64,000 nucleotides of DNA from Camelus dromedarius (taxonomy: Eukaryota): positions 68,884,001 to 68,948,000 of the forward strand of contig NC_087436.1 of NCBI RefSeq assembly GCF_036321535.1, given 5' to 3'. Position 1 is the stretch's first letter; each line of letters opens with the position of its first letter. The position numbers and the translations under genes were made by a program. Positions 24,648-64,000 of this stretch are shown in pieces. The notes beneath the pieces are model-generated. The model worked only from the letters and a program-made list of their open reading frames with translations. It had not been told where the DNA came from and searched no databases.

Positions 24648-25125
24648 CAGGTGAAGGGCTCTTAATTTCTTTTTATGCCATGCCTATGGCCATCTTTGGC
24701 TCTCTGGTAAAGGCTATGAACTTCTCATAATGTTTTTAGATGCATAAAACAAAATACATGTAATTATACAGGAACCGACATATGTATCAAAATATTTTGA
24801 AATTTGTAAATAGTAATAAATGTGCTTCTCTTTTAACGTATTAAATAGCAGGATATAGCAATGAGTCTATGAACAGAATTTCAAAGTTGTAGTGAGTATG
24901 AATATATTTTGAAACATATATAACAGCTGTTAAATGAAATTTAAAAATCTGTTATTTCTCTTAGTGACAGTCACTGATACAGCTTATGTTACTGGGGTAT
25001 TATTGTTTTGCCTATTTTATAATGGAAAGAAATAGTAAGTTTCTGTTAAAAGTTAGTGGAAATAAAGACTATTTTTTTTTTTCTATCCAAGTTGTTAGGC
25101 TGTAGATAAAGTACCTCTTCTGTAG
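24648..25125. mobile_element. hAT-Charlie DNA transposon relic (Charlie4a-like)
   Basis: ctttggctctctggtaaaggctatg...aatgtttttagatgcataaaacaaaatacat resembles my recollection of the Charlie4a consensus; unverified. Confidence 0.5.
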
Positions 25126-28100
25126 GGTGTGGAAAATTAGAGATATTTGAACTTAGAGGTGCAGGAGTATGGACTAGAGGACATCAATATTGGAGAAAGA
25201 AGATCATTTTGAGGTTCTTCCAACAGTCCAGATAGGAGATAATGGGAGTGGAGTAGAAGTTAAAGTCATTTGGATTTATGAGTTGGAAGAATTGAGGCTA
25301 GATGTGGATTATCCACTTGGATGTTGAAATTGACCACAATAAAGATAGGAGTCGGGTAGAGAGGTCTATTTTGAGCAGGTGCCTAGTACCTCAGTTAAGG
25401 TGGGGAGTACCTAGAGGCTAGAATTAGGAGGGGCAATATGTGGTATAGGTAGAGACATGAGCCTATATACTAAAAATAGTGTAATGTTTTTATACTATTG
25501 TGCAGTAGTAATTGTTGGAAGACTACACAAATGTTAGGAAGCTTTTAATTGGGAGTTGGAAGAATTCTGACTGAGTATTATTATGGATTTCAATGAAGGG
25601 ATGTATTAGATAGGGACATCCAGACTTTAGTAAGATGATGAGGGAGCATTCTGTGAAAGGTTGAAGGTATAGGAACATTTTGATAAAAAGAAGCAAGGAA
25701 GACTCGGTGGAATCAGCTGAGAAAGATGGTAGAGTGAGATGTTAAAACATTGCGGAAGACAAAAAGCAGTGTCGGGAGAAAGAGAAGAAACCACAGGCGT
25801 TGTGAGAAAGAAGCAAAGCAGAGGAAAGGATAGGTGATCACAGGGTCTTCGTTTGGTACATCACAAGAGGGTTCATGGATTGAGGAAGGGGAGGTTGCCA
25901 TGGTTCCTGACCTTGATATAAAATAATTAGTTGATATCAGCTAGCCGAATGTTCTAGGCAAGGTTCTATGTGGTTTAATTTAACTCATGGGTAGCCATTA
26001 AAAATGATGATTATACCAAACATGTGGTCATTGAAAAATATATAATCTCAGATGGAGAAATATTTTATGTATGTGCTGTTATGTCAGTGTTACAAAATAT
26101 ACATATGCATATATACAAGAATTGGAAGATAAAAAATAGTTGTGTTAAGCTGATAAAATTGTGTACCCTCTCTCTTTCAAAATGTATTAGTTACAATGTT
26201 TCTTTGGGTTTTTTTTTTTTTAAGCAGGCTAAATCAATTATTCATTTCCTTTAATTGAAAAAAAAAACCCTTTTATTCTTTTTTTTATTTTTTTAATTTT
26301 ATCAAGTGGCTACAGCTTTCTATTTGTCTTTCCAATGGCTTCTTTTTCACTTTCAGGTTCTAATTATTTCTCCTCTCTATTTTTAAATTCACCTTTTCTT
26401 CATAGTATACTTTAACCTATTTACTCAACTTCCTAATGCTCTTTCCCTAAGGATTATTACTTGTAGGACAAATACTAGTGGATTTAAAAAATTATCCCAA
26501 TAATTCAGTTATCTCCACCTAGACTTAAATAGGAAGATACAGGTTCAGCAGAAGGTACTTGTTTTGAATACAAATAAAGGTAGTTAAAACCATTAGAAAG
26601 GTAATCCTAAGCATTTCTTAAATTTCTCCTCCTGGAAATACTTAAAAGGGGACATCTCAATATCTTTTATGGAGAATACTGATGTTTGAGAGTAGAAAGA
26701 GAAGAAAGATCTAACAGGATAATCCCCTCATCTCCAGGACTATGTTTTTTAAATAAAAGTTGGGCAGAAATTCTGACAACGGAACAAAACATAAAAATAG
26801 AACTTCACAGGAAACCTATGATATTTGGTTAGCATATTCACTATTACATAGCTCTGTTACTTAAAGAATCTTTAGTAATTGAGAATGTAGACTGAAATAT
26901 TATTAAACAGAGTCTTTAAAATATACTTTGTTAAATTCTGATTTTGGAATAATTTTGATATTTTCCACCATTAGCTATACAATAGCTTTAACGGTGTTCC
27001 CAGTTGATTGATTAGAAAATTCTTCAACATAAGCTATTGTAAAATATGTTGTAAATAAAATGAATTGAGATTATATTCATCCTCAAAGCTATCAAGTGAA
27101 CAACAATTAACTTGATTTGCCTCATATCAAGTGAACAATTAACTTGATTTGCCTCAAATTTGCCTTATTATTTTTTGATAAAGTAATATTAACCACATGA
27201 GCTGTATTATATATTATTTCTCTTTAAGGAAATGCTAAATATAATTTCAACAAAACAATGTTATTTGCAAAATACATAAAGCAACGTAATCATAAATGAA
27301 AATGCTGACACTGTAAAACCCTAATGATAATCTTAGTGCATGTTCAGCACCAGCTGGGCTGATATCAGTTTACAATAACGTACTTTGCACTTTTCAAACA
27401 GTTTGAAACATTGACTTTTGTACTTTATTATTCAACAAGAAATCCTCACAACATCATGAGATAGATAGAATAATATTCCATTTAACTAGTTAAGGGCAGT
27501 TTGGAGCAAAGATACATTTCTTTTCTTAATTGTGTGAAATGATTACATTTCTCTCACTTCTTATTAGTCATAGTTAAAACTTTCTGGCAAGGAGAATATT
27601 GAAACCTGTGAAAGAATGTTCATTGTAACCAATTACAAAATAATATTAATCAAAAGTTTTTAGTTTGCTGCATAGTACACTTCTGTAGTTTTGTTTATAA
27701 AACAGATTTTCTAGCGAGGCATTAAAATGAGCAAATTTCAAAATAAACTTTTGTTGTTTTAGCATAGCAGGGTTTGAAATCTTTTGCTGTTCTTCATTCT
27801 AAAATATGGTATAGATTTTTAACTTATAACGTATTAAGGCTCCAAATTACTTCACATTATAAAGCTTAATGTGGAGGCTGAGAAAAGAATGAGTTAGGGT
27901 ACAGATTTGGAGGATGAACTTTCGGTGGAGTGTTCTGACCTGCCAGTTTTAACTGACTGCATCTTTGCCTACATTAAAATTATCCTTCATCTCCTTAGGT
28001 ATAGTTGGATATAGTTTTAAGTGATACTGTTTGTCTTAACCATAAAATTGGTTTGGTCCAATAATATACTTTGCTAAACACCATGGGAGTTTAACTTACA

Positions 28101-30119
28101 TTTTTTCCAAGGAGAAACGTTGGTTTGGTAATAATCATGTAATTCCAGTGACCACTAGAACTGCAGTAGTCCTGGCTAGTGGTGAACGTGCATAACTCAA
28201 ATCAGAGTAGTGGAGAGAAGACTGAGCTGGATGAAAGGGCTCCTGAATTCTGTTCCTCTGTTGGCTGTAAACTACTATATTCCTTGGGGGAAATTCTCTT
28301 GGCTTTGATTTCACATCAATCAAAAAAGAAGGTTGATTTAGATAATCAATCTTGTAGGTCCTTCGCAGCTCTGACAGCTATAATTCTAGCATTAATTTCA
28401 GTCATTTGTAACAAGTTTATTTTTTATTTCCATGATCACATGAAGGATGTCTTGTACACATCCCCTCTCTGTCACATAAATATACAAACAAAGCAACAAG
28501 TTCATTCAGTTGAAAAGGGGCGATTCCTAATAATATATTTTTGTTCTTCTTGTCATGGAATCATTAAGATTTCACTGGGAGATGGTTAAGCACTGCAAAA
28601 ACGTTGGTTCAATTTTGTGCTGGTATTAAAAACTAACCCTTTTGTCCTCACGGCACCCAAAATTCTATCCAGATTCCACATGGATTATGTGCTGTATTGT
28701 TTACTGTTACCCTAATAGATTTGACCTGTCTTTTAAAATGAGTCAAACTGTAGGGTTTTCTTTTTTCCTGTGAAAAGATGTGAGCATTATTATAGCATTC
28801 ACAGCAGAAGAGACAAAGTCCAGTTTTTTTAACCACAATATATTTGCAAACTTCACAAAGCAATACTATTGATAAATAACACTGTAAAGAAAAAAAAAAG
28901 CACCTTCTTTTCAATCTTAATGCATTTACAGCATCATATGTATGGATATCAGTTTGCAATAATATACCTTGCATTTTTTGAACAGTTTTTAAACATTCTT
29001 TGACTTTTCAACTTTATTATTGAACAGGGAAGCCTCACAATGCCATGAGATAGATAGCTTAACATCTCATATGGTAGATGGAAAATATGAGGCAAAAGCT
29101 ACTGCGTGATTCCTGCAACACCACTCAGTAGGTCAGACATCAAAGTAGAAATAGGACAAGTAAATCCTATTTGAAAAATCCACTTTTCCATTTCTTAGAG
29201 TTTTCTATAGCCTTTTGCACTTATTTCTCTTACTTGTGTTAAAATGTCATTGAGTTGAATTAAATCAAGCATATAATTATTTAAATGAGTATATATAGTT
29301 TCACGGACATTGATATGCAGAAAGGTGTCACAGTCTCCTGAAATATAAATATAGGTACACAAAAGCAGATATCCATTTTTATATAACTTACATAGTAGAA
29401 AATAATTTTCTTGTAGACAGGTTTGTTTTCTTATTTCTACAAAGGCTCTGTAGGCTTTTATGTAAAAAAGGCATGTCCTTTGTCAGGCACATCTGGAATA
29501 TGCTAAATCTCCAGAAAGCTTTGGCTGTTTCTCTACGTATAAAAAAAAGTACAGGGCTTTACATTTTTATTCTGCTTTTTCTGTTGATATTCAGTTGTTA
29601 GTAGTCATTATCAACTCAGAAATTTGGGGACATTTTCTTTTCCAGAGGAAGGTGTGCATTGGATGACCCTTTTCTGTTTATGATATTGTGATATTAAATA
29701 ATAACTAGGAGTTTTTTAGTTATATTGTTTACATATATTACATATAAACACACATACATGTAAATTAAAACTTTCAGTCATCAGAGAAACTAAGAGGCTA
29801 GATTTTTTCTCTAATAAATCAGAGCAACACATCTAGCACTTGAGGTCTCACATGTGAGGCCTAGATGTGAATACTGCTGCATTTCTGTAGTCATAATCCT
29901 GGTGACAGATGACCAGGCATCCTATGACGACTTGTGTATAAAGCAGACTTTATTCAAAATATATTCATGAGACATAAGAAGTGATTTCAGAAAATCTAGT
30001 AATTCACCTAATTTTATTACAATGTCATTTGAGGTGTTCTGAAATCAATTACATGGTTTTAAAGAAGGTACAGTTTTTAAAAAATAGATTGCTGTATTCA
30101 GTCCAAAACACAATAATAA

Positions 30120-30350
30120 TTAATAGCAGCTAGTCCATATTGAGAGCCTACTGTGGCCACTCTTCTAAGAGCTTTACTAAAGTAGTGTATTTAATCCTCA
30201 TAATGATACAAGGTAGGTACCATTTTTATTCTCATTGTAGAGATGAAAGAGCTAAGGCACAGGGATGTTAATGGCACACAGTTGATACGTGGCAGAGCCA
30301 ACAGTCAAGCTCGAGCAGCCTGGTTCCAAAGACTGTGCTCTCCACCACCA
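30120..30350 (-). mobile_element. MIR SINE
   Basis: attgagagcctact...atttaatcctcataa...cattgtagagatgaaagagctaaggcacaggga; similar MIR relics near 35260, 41200, 44850, 47260, 49200 and 55050. Confidence 0.7.
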
Positions 30351-30674
30351 GACCTGAGGGCTAATTTAAGTTAATTTACCTTAATTTACCTTAAAACTCA
30401 CAGAGGCATTTCTTTCCATTATAGCAAACATTTATGTAGTGTATAATATATGCCAGGCCCTGTCCTAAGTGCTTTGCACAGATCAGCTCTCCCACCCTGA
30501 CATTCTGATAGACATCTGATTTGTCAGAGAACTGAAGACTTGCAAAAGTACCAGTTACCATATGTAGATATTTCTAAATAAATAACTGGATGTCTCATTC
30601 TACCAAAAATCTAAAGTGTGCTTCTTTTATCATTAATCATTTGAAACCAACTCTGCTAGCCTGGGTCCCATTGG

Positions 30675-30729
30675 TTTATTTTATTCTCCTTGTACCCATG
30701 GAAAAGTGCTCCCAAGATTCTTCTTTATT
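30675..30729 (-). terminator. Candidate polyadenylation signals of TMPRSS11F
   Basis: Minus-strand AATAAA at 30724-30729 and overlapping AATAAAATAAA at 30675-30685, about 0.7-0.8 kb past the stop. Usage is not demonstrable from sequence. Confidence 0.35.
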
Positions 30730-31450
30730 CTCCCTTGTGGTCTAACTCCAACTGATGTATGGATAGCAAGATGCTGTTAAAGAATAAATCAGAAATGCTT
30801 ATTAACAGTACAACATACATCCTGAAGCTAGTGCTTGTGTGTATAACACAATGTTAATACCAAGTTCAGATACATTTCAACATCTTTTAAGTGGCAACTC
30901 TTGTGGTTAGTGATAATGCTCTGTATTATTATTTATAAACCCAAGTTAGAGTTCAAGGTACATTGCAAATCCCATGCTTCTCCATTCTAGCCATTGAGTG
31001 TTCAGTCATCAGTCCTGGAAGGTTGAAGCCTTGAATCCTTAGAGAGGATTGCTGTTTGATTTTTTACTAGAAGAATCCCAAGTGCTCCTGGTACTATATG
31101 TGGTAAGATTTTGGCAGCCCTGGCAGCTCTTTATATCCTGTGGAAAATGATGTTTCCCATCTTCACTTGGGGGAAACCAATTGTAAACATGCATCTGATG
31201 AATAAGATCACAGTTTACCGTGTGAGTGAGGAGTCAGTGCTACTTGTCATTCGCTGTCTTCTTCCCTTAGGGTAGGGAAGAGTTCTGTCACATGTACACA
31301 AAGTCCACCTAATGATATGAGATTAGTTCAAGTCTGAAGGACTTCTTGACATCCAGCAAAAGCATTGATCCAAACCCCAAGAATATAAATATACAATATG
31401 CAGGAGCTTTAGCTCTATGTGCCATGGATATAATTCATGGACAGTTCACA

Positions 31451-58320
<26,870 letters not shown>

Positions 58321-61300
58321 CTGTGATAATGGAAAGAAAAACATTAAGACAAATTTCAGTATGGTTCTACTCTGTGTTCACTTGCTCTTTTCCTCTATGA
58401 GAATAGTTTTTACTGTTAATTAATAATAAGATACTTAGATTTTTAAAGAACACAAGGTTTTAATGTGTATACCTTCCCCCAACACCTTAATCACAGTGTA
58501 AGTTTTAGTTAAAACTCTCCTGATGTTGACATTCAAGTGAGGATATCTTCCTGCTACATTTTGTCTGACATATAGGCAACGTGAATTTTGAGTGGTGAGG
58601 TATAAAGACTCACTTAATAAAAAGGTAATTTATAAATAACATTTTCGTATTTTAATAAGGGACTTTTTAGCAATAAAGTTATATAATTCATCAGTTTTAC
58701 TTGATTAAATGTAGAAGATTTTAATATGTATAATTTTTTAAAGACCTTAAAAATTTCTTAATGGCTTGTTCTTAAAGTAGCAACATTAATCTTAAAGTCC
58801 TGAACTGATTCCTCACATTTTTATTAGCACCTCCCAGTGAAACCACAAATTGTGAACTGTACTTGATAAGACTCCAGTCCCCATGACTGGATGCTTTTCC
58901 ATGTGACACTTACCTGTCCCAACTCATGTACTACCTCCCCACGTAAAATATCTTAAACCATTTAAATTATCTTCCTCCAATCTGAGAGCTGGTATTTATT
59001 TACTTCATTTTCTGAATCCCCAAATAGGATTCAATATTTAATATTTGCAAATGAGATATTTTTGTAAAAGTTTTTACGTTTTAATTTTATCTAGCAAATA
59101 TTTATTTAAATTTTACTCATTAAATGAGATAATCTTGAGCATAGTATCTACCATATTATGATAATGCTTCAGAAACTATCCTAGAGCCAAAGAGGTATAA
59201 AGATTCTAAAATACACTCTTTGCCTCCAGGACACTCACACTTTAAAAGGGGATACAGACACAGAAACAAGTAATTAATATAGTGTGAAATGTGCCAAAAT
59301 AGAACTTTGTACAAGAAGAGAAAACAATTAACCTCTTGGAAGGCTGTGTCAGGAATTTTATCAAGAAAACAACACAATTAAAACTTTGAGTGAGAGAAGT
59401 TCTCCAGGTATAAAAAAGGAGAAAAGAACAGAAAAATAGCATGTGCAAACAAACAAACAAAAAACCTCAAAAAATCTAAAAGTGTGAAACAGCATTTATC
59501 CCTAATAATTAATACTGGGAAAAATATACACGTAAAATGCGGCTTTTGCCCTCAAAGAATTTATGGTCTCCCAAAGTATATCCATGATTGCAAGTCTTTC
59601 ACAGTATTGCTATGCTAGAAAGAGGATATGGTAAGGCTGGTGGGCTGGACAAGCTTATGAGGAGTCTTATAACCCAAAGGAAAGAGCTTGAAATTGACTC
59701 TGCAGGGGGTGGGCAACCAATGAAAGTTTTAATTAGGCTAGAATTTAGAACAATCACAGAGGTGTGAATGAGAATTAGAGCAAGAGTGCAGCTAGGAAGA
59801 CCAGTTTAGAAGTAATTTTGAAGGTCCAGGAGAGACAGGGTGAGGGCCTGAACTAAGGCTGAGGCAGTGGGGTGGAGAGGAGGAGATGATTTAGCTCTAG
59901 TCCTGGAGCTTTGTTCCCAGCTTAGCTGTGAGACAAGGAAAAGATTAATGGCTCCTTTGTTTCCATGTTCATGTAATGTGTCTCCAGTTAAGATGCTGAA
60001 AATTAAATGAAGAGAAAATGTTTCCAACATAGACGTCAAAGTTGTTAATAATGAGCAGTGTGCTGTCTTCACACTTGGTCTGAGCCAAGTGGAAAGTATC
60101 CATTTTTTATATCTTCCCGTTGACTCATTTTATTTTAATTGTGTCACTAACACCTGTTTGCATGACTCTAATAAAAGTAGCTATTCAAGTTGGTACCACA
60201 CAACCCAGAAAAAAACAAAAAAAAGTTACTTATATTCCCATGTACAATGCCCTCCTCCTAATTCACAACTGAAGTCTCCATTTCCAAAATCCAGGCATTA
60301 AGTAGTCTTGATTATTTAGTGTATGGATATTTTGGTTGCTGTAGGTTTTTTCTTTTTAATTCACTTCCTTTCCCCCTAAGTTTCGTCAGTTTGGTTTCAG
60401 TATCCTGAGCCCTTCAATAAGCAAGAAATGACAAAAATCAAATTCTCTCACATTTATGGGAAGGATGTTATATTACATCATGATAACACTGTATCAGGGT
60501 AAAGGAGATTTTTAAAAATCATAGCCATATTTAATTTTAAAATGAGTTTTGTCTGGTAATCTGCTACTCTCAGTCTGATATAACTGTAATATTGACTTTA
60601 TCTCATGTCAAAGTTGAAATAAGTTTTGCCAAAAACTCATTTCTGTATCTTGAAGTAGAGTTGTAGGGAACAATATGCAGGTACCAGCTAACTGCAAAGG
60701 AAGTGATGTTTCCCTTAGAGGGGAAAAAAGGTCATAAAAACCTAACAAAGTACTCAGAAAATTTAAAGTAATTTGTTAGTTAGGCTGTTGTGAAATGTCT
60801 GTGATGAGCATAATAGATAAAACACATTCAAAGCAGTGTTAAGTGTGCAATGAACTTTGAGAACTTGGCTATGATAGATTAGAAATATCTTTTTAATGTA
60901 CAATTGATTCAGACTTTGAAAAAAGATTATTTTAATTTGATCACACTTAAAATCCCTTTATATATTTCTATATGTTTCTTCTGATTTGTACATTATAATT
61001 ATTTATTCATTTAATCTGAATATGAGTCTAATGATAAATGGAACTTTTGATAAAAGCCTTTTATGCTAACTAGTATTGCATCTGTTTAAAAGAGAGAATT
61101 AAGCGTAAACTTGTTCTTTAAAAAAAGTCCATTAAAATGAACAAAATAAAGGAACTAAAGTCTTTCAGTAATTTGAATAAAAATAAAACTAGAGTGGTTA
61201 CACAAATGAAGTACCCATGTAAACATTATTAGAAAAAGCATGAAATTCAGCATCAGAAATCCAAAGTTCAAGTCTTTGGTCATATATTAACCTTTTTATC

Positions 61301-64000
61301 TTGATGTATCTGATTTTAAGAATCCCTTGCTGATTAAATTAGGGTGATAATATCCCCCCCCAACTTTCAAAGAGGTTGTGAAGACTTTAAGTTATGTATG
61401 AGCTATTTCATAATTTCTGAATAACTATATGAATAGAAATTGTCAGAAGCCATAAGCTTCTTTGAGAAAAATAAGATTATTCTACTGCTCTGTATCTAAC
61501 CATAACTAGCATGATTACTGACATAAATATTGTTGCTCTTTGAATGAATGAATGAATGATGAATGAAAGAATTACACTCTTAGATTCTACATCTAGAAAA
61601 ATAATTTGCATACAAAAGCTAAAAAATTCTAAAATAAAAGTATTATTATCAATACTTACCAATTATTTTATAAACACCAACCATATTTTAGGCACTAATA
61701 ATTATTGAATACACAGTGAATAAAATGAAAATATATGATCCTTGCTGTTGTAGTGTTTGTAGTCTAGAAGGAGAGAAAGATAAAACTAGTAAGCATAGAG
61801 AGCCTTAAAGTTGTGATAATAGCTAAGAAGAATATGAATAAGATGACTGTGACTGAAAATAAGAGTATATAGACGGGGCGGGGAGAGGGAAACTACTTGA
61901 AAGAGGGAGTAAGGGAGACCTCTTTGGGAAGATAGTATTTATGCTGAGACGTGACTACGAGGAGATCTTCCACGTGTAGAATTGTTGCAAGTCTGTTTCT
62001 GGTGGATAGAAAGTGTGCGAAGTGCCTGCATTAGAAAATAACTTGGAGTTGGAATTATTGGCCATTAAAATTATTATGGAGAAGCAATTATAAACCAATG
62101 AACATTTCCTGGCTTAAAATATTGTTAATAAAAGAAACATTTCAGTTTCTTTAGCAGAAGAAATTCCTTTTATATTACTGCAGAGGTAACCCCTGTTTAT
62201 ATTTTCCTGTCTTAGCCTATGCTGCTATTTCATTCTTATGACTTAACTCAGCTAGATATAGTAGACAAGCTACATTATCAGAGAGCTAAAAGATAACATG
62301 TAGAAAAAAAAAAACTGTGTCTTACACCTTTCTTTCTAGACAGTCTCAGAAATGTTTTGATCAAGAGAGCAAATATAACCTCTGTGACTGCCAACCACCC
62401 CCCAAAATGCCACCTGTGTAGATTAGCAATTAAGCCCAAGAGTTATATCCTGTTTTAGAGGCAGCTCTTGGGTGATAATCACTATAATCATGCCTAAATA
62501 AACAGGTGAGAAAGCTTGCCCCTTCCCAATCACCAGTTGTAACAAGCTGTATAATTAGTGTATCAGAGATAGCTGATGATTGGATGTATGACAGTTGCTT
62601 ATTAGAGAGAGCTTATAGCTAGTTCAGTCTTGAACTTTTAAGAAGTTTATTTAAGCAATTGAAACAGACCTGCTTTTCCATAGTTTCCTTTATAGAACTT
62701 TTCTCAAAATGGATGCTTTTATGACAAAATTAATTGATTTTCTAACGAGTTATTCAAGTAGCACTGTGCAGAAGTAGGCCACCTTCATTATATATTACAT
62801 TAAACGGCGTGTCTTTTATGTCAGGCACATTGGGACAATTGTTATATAAGTAAGACATATTCTAGCCCCTCAAGTCTCAACGTAGGTAAATCTTTTAGAT
62901 TCTTGATTTAATGTGAGAATCCATGGAATAAAAGTTGTTCAAAATCCAATGAAATATGAAGTTACATGGAAAAGTCATAGTAATTTTGACCAGATTAAAG
63001 AACAATGAGTTACAAATAAGTCATGATAATGAAGATGTGTAAGATAGCCTATTAGTGCCTAAGTTATTATTTCAGAATTTTTCAAAGTTAATCCATTTGT
63101 TTCCTTTTAAAGAGTTAAATTGAAATATTTGTAAGCATACAAGGTTCAGGTGGATTGTGCAAGTCGCAAGAGGACACTCACGATGAGAGAGATATCCCCA
63201 GGCTAGAGTAAAACTTCATTAATCACTAACATCACTGCCAGGTGTTCTCTGGATGGTAAAGATTTGTCAGATGACAAAAGGGTTACATTTAACATTTATA
63301 TTTAGGATTGCTTTTGTACCTGTCTTTTTTTTCTTGATATGACCTCAGCCACTAATTTGAGATACTTTATAGCATGTGGTTTGGCAAAGTACTCTGCCCT
63401 TTAAAAAATTTAATCCCATGGTTTAATTTATTCAGCTAAAAAATGGGGATATGAACCAGCTCTTTACTGAAATATAAGTGCTGGCATCACTTTTCCCATT
63501 TCTAGATTTAATAATACAATCAGTGTGTGTATGATTTTCTAAGGTTGTATCACCAGAAAACATCTATGCTATTACTGAGTAATTATTTGTTGGTTTAGTG
63601 TCGACTGACTGCTTCTCATCTTCTCTGAGCTACTTGTAATACACGACTTTCCAGGGAAAATACATACATTTATATTTCACATTTAGTTTGTAATAATAGA
63701 GACATTTAAGATATGTAAACTATAGTATTTTATTTGTGGATTTAGAGGAAAAGCTTGTTCTAAGCCTTTTAAACTCGAATATTGTCTACTTTCTCTGAAC
63801 TCCAAATAGGTTATAAGTTTTTCCAGTACTTTTCTCTCCCAAAGTCTTACTTCGTGACTATGAGTTCATAGTAAAGGCTCCCAAACTACATATTAATAAT
63901 TAGACTTGGTTTATTCATGTAAAATATGTCAAGTGTTTTCAGGTAAAGGTCTCTAGTACTGAACTTGGAATATATCCAAAGGCACATGAGGCATGATCTG

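Noticed and set aside
58321..64000. Canonical TMPRSS11F exon 1 (MMYx)
   Set aside because: I saw no ATGATGTAC..|gt on the minus strand; it is presumably beyond the right edge

Overview
AT-rich mammalian genomic DNA from the TMPRSS11 (HAT/DESC airway trypsin-like protease) cluster. The young L1 3' UTRs look cetartiodactyl, most likely camelid, and I saw no Alu, B1, Bov-A or PRE-1 SINEs; the species call is inference. The minus strand carries coding exons 2-10 of an apparently intact TMPRSS11F (58320 to 31451). All introns are GT-AG with consistent phases, and the TM helix, SEA domain, R|IVQG activation site and His-Asp-Ser triad are present. The canonical exon 1 was not found in the window. 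At 13860-13870 is the 11-nt coding first exon (M-M-Y-Q) of the next gene, most likely TMPRSS11G. That exon is flanked by two related L1s. One is a TSD-bounded, ORF1-only 'half-L1'-like element with a probable 3' transduction (3942-7067). The other is a full-length degenerate L1 (15002-23608) carrying a younger antisense L1 nested in its endonuclease domain. The two otherwise diverged L1s share a 499-bp tract that is identical by eye, which suggests gene conversion or an assembly artefact. A candidate in-frame alternative first exon for TMPRSS11F lies at 58914-58927. The rest is old L2, MIR, MaLR, L1M and hAT debris. I found no evidence of a wholly new multi-gene system; the best leads are retrotransposon-biology events and a possible alternative N-terminus.
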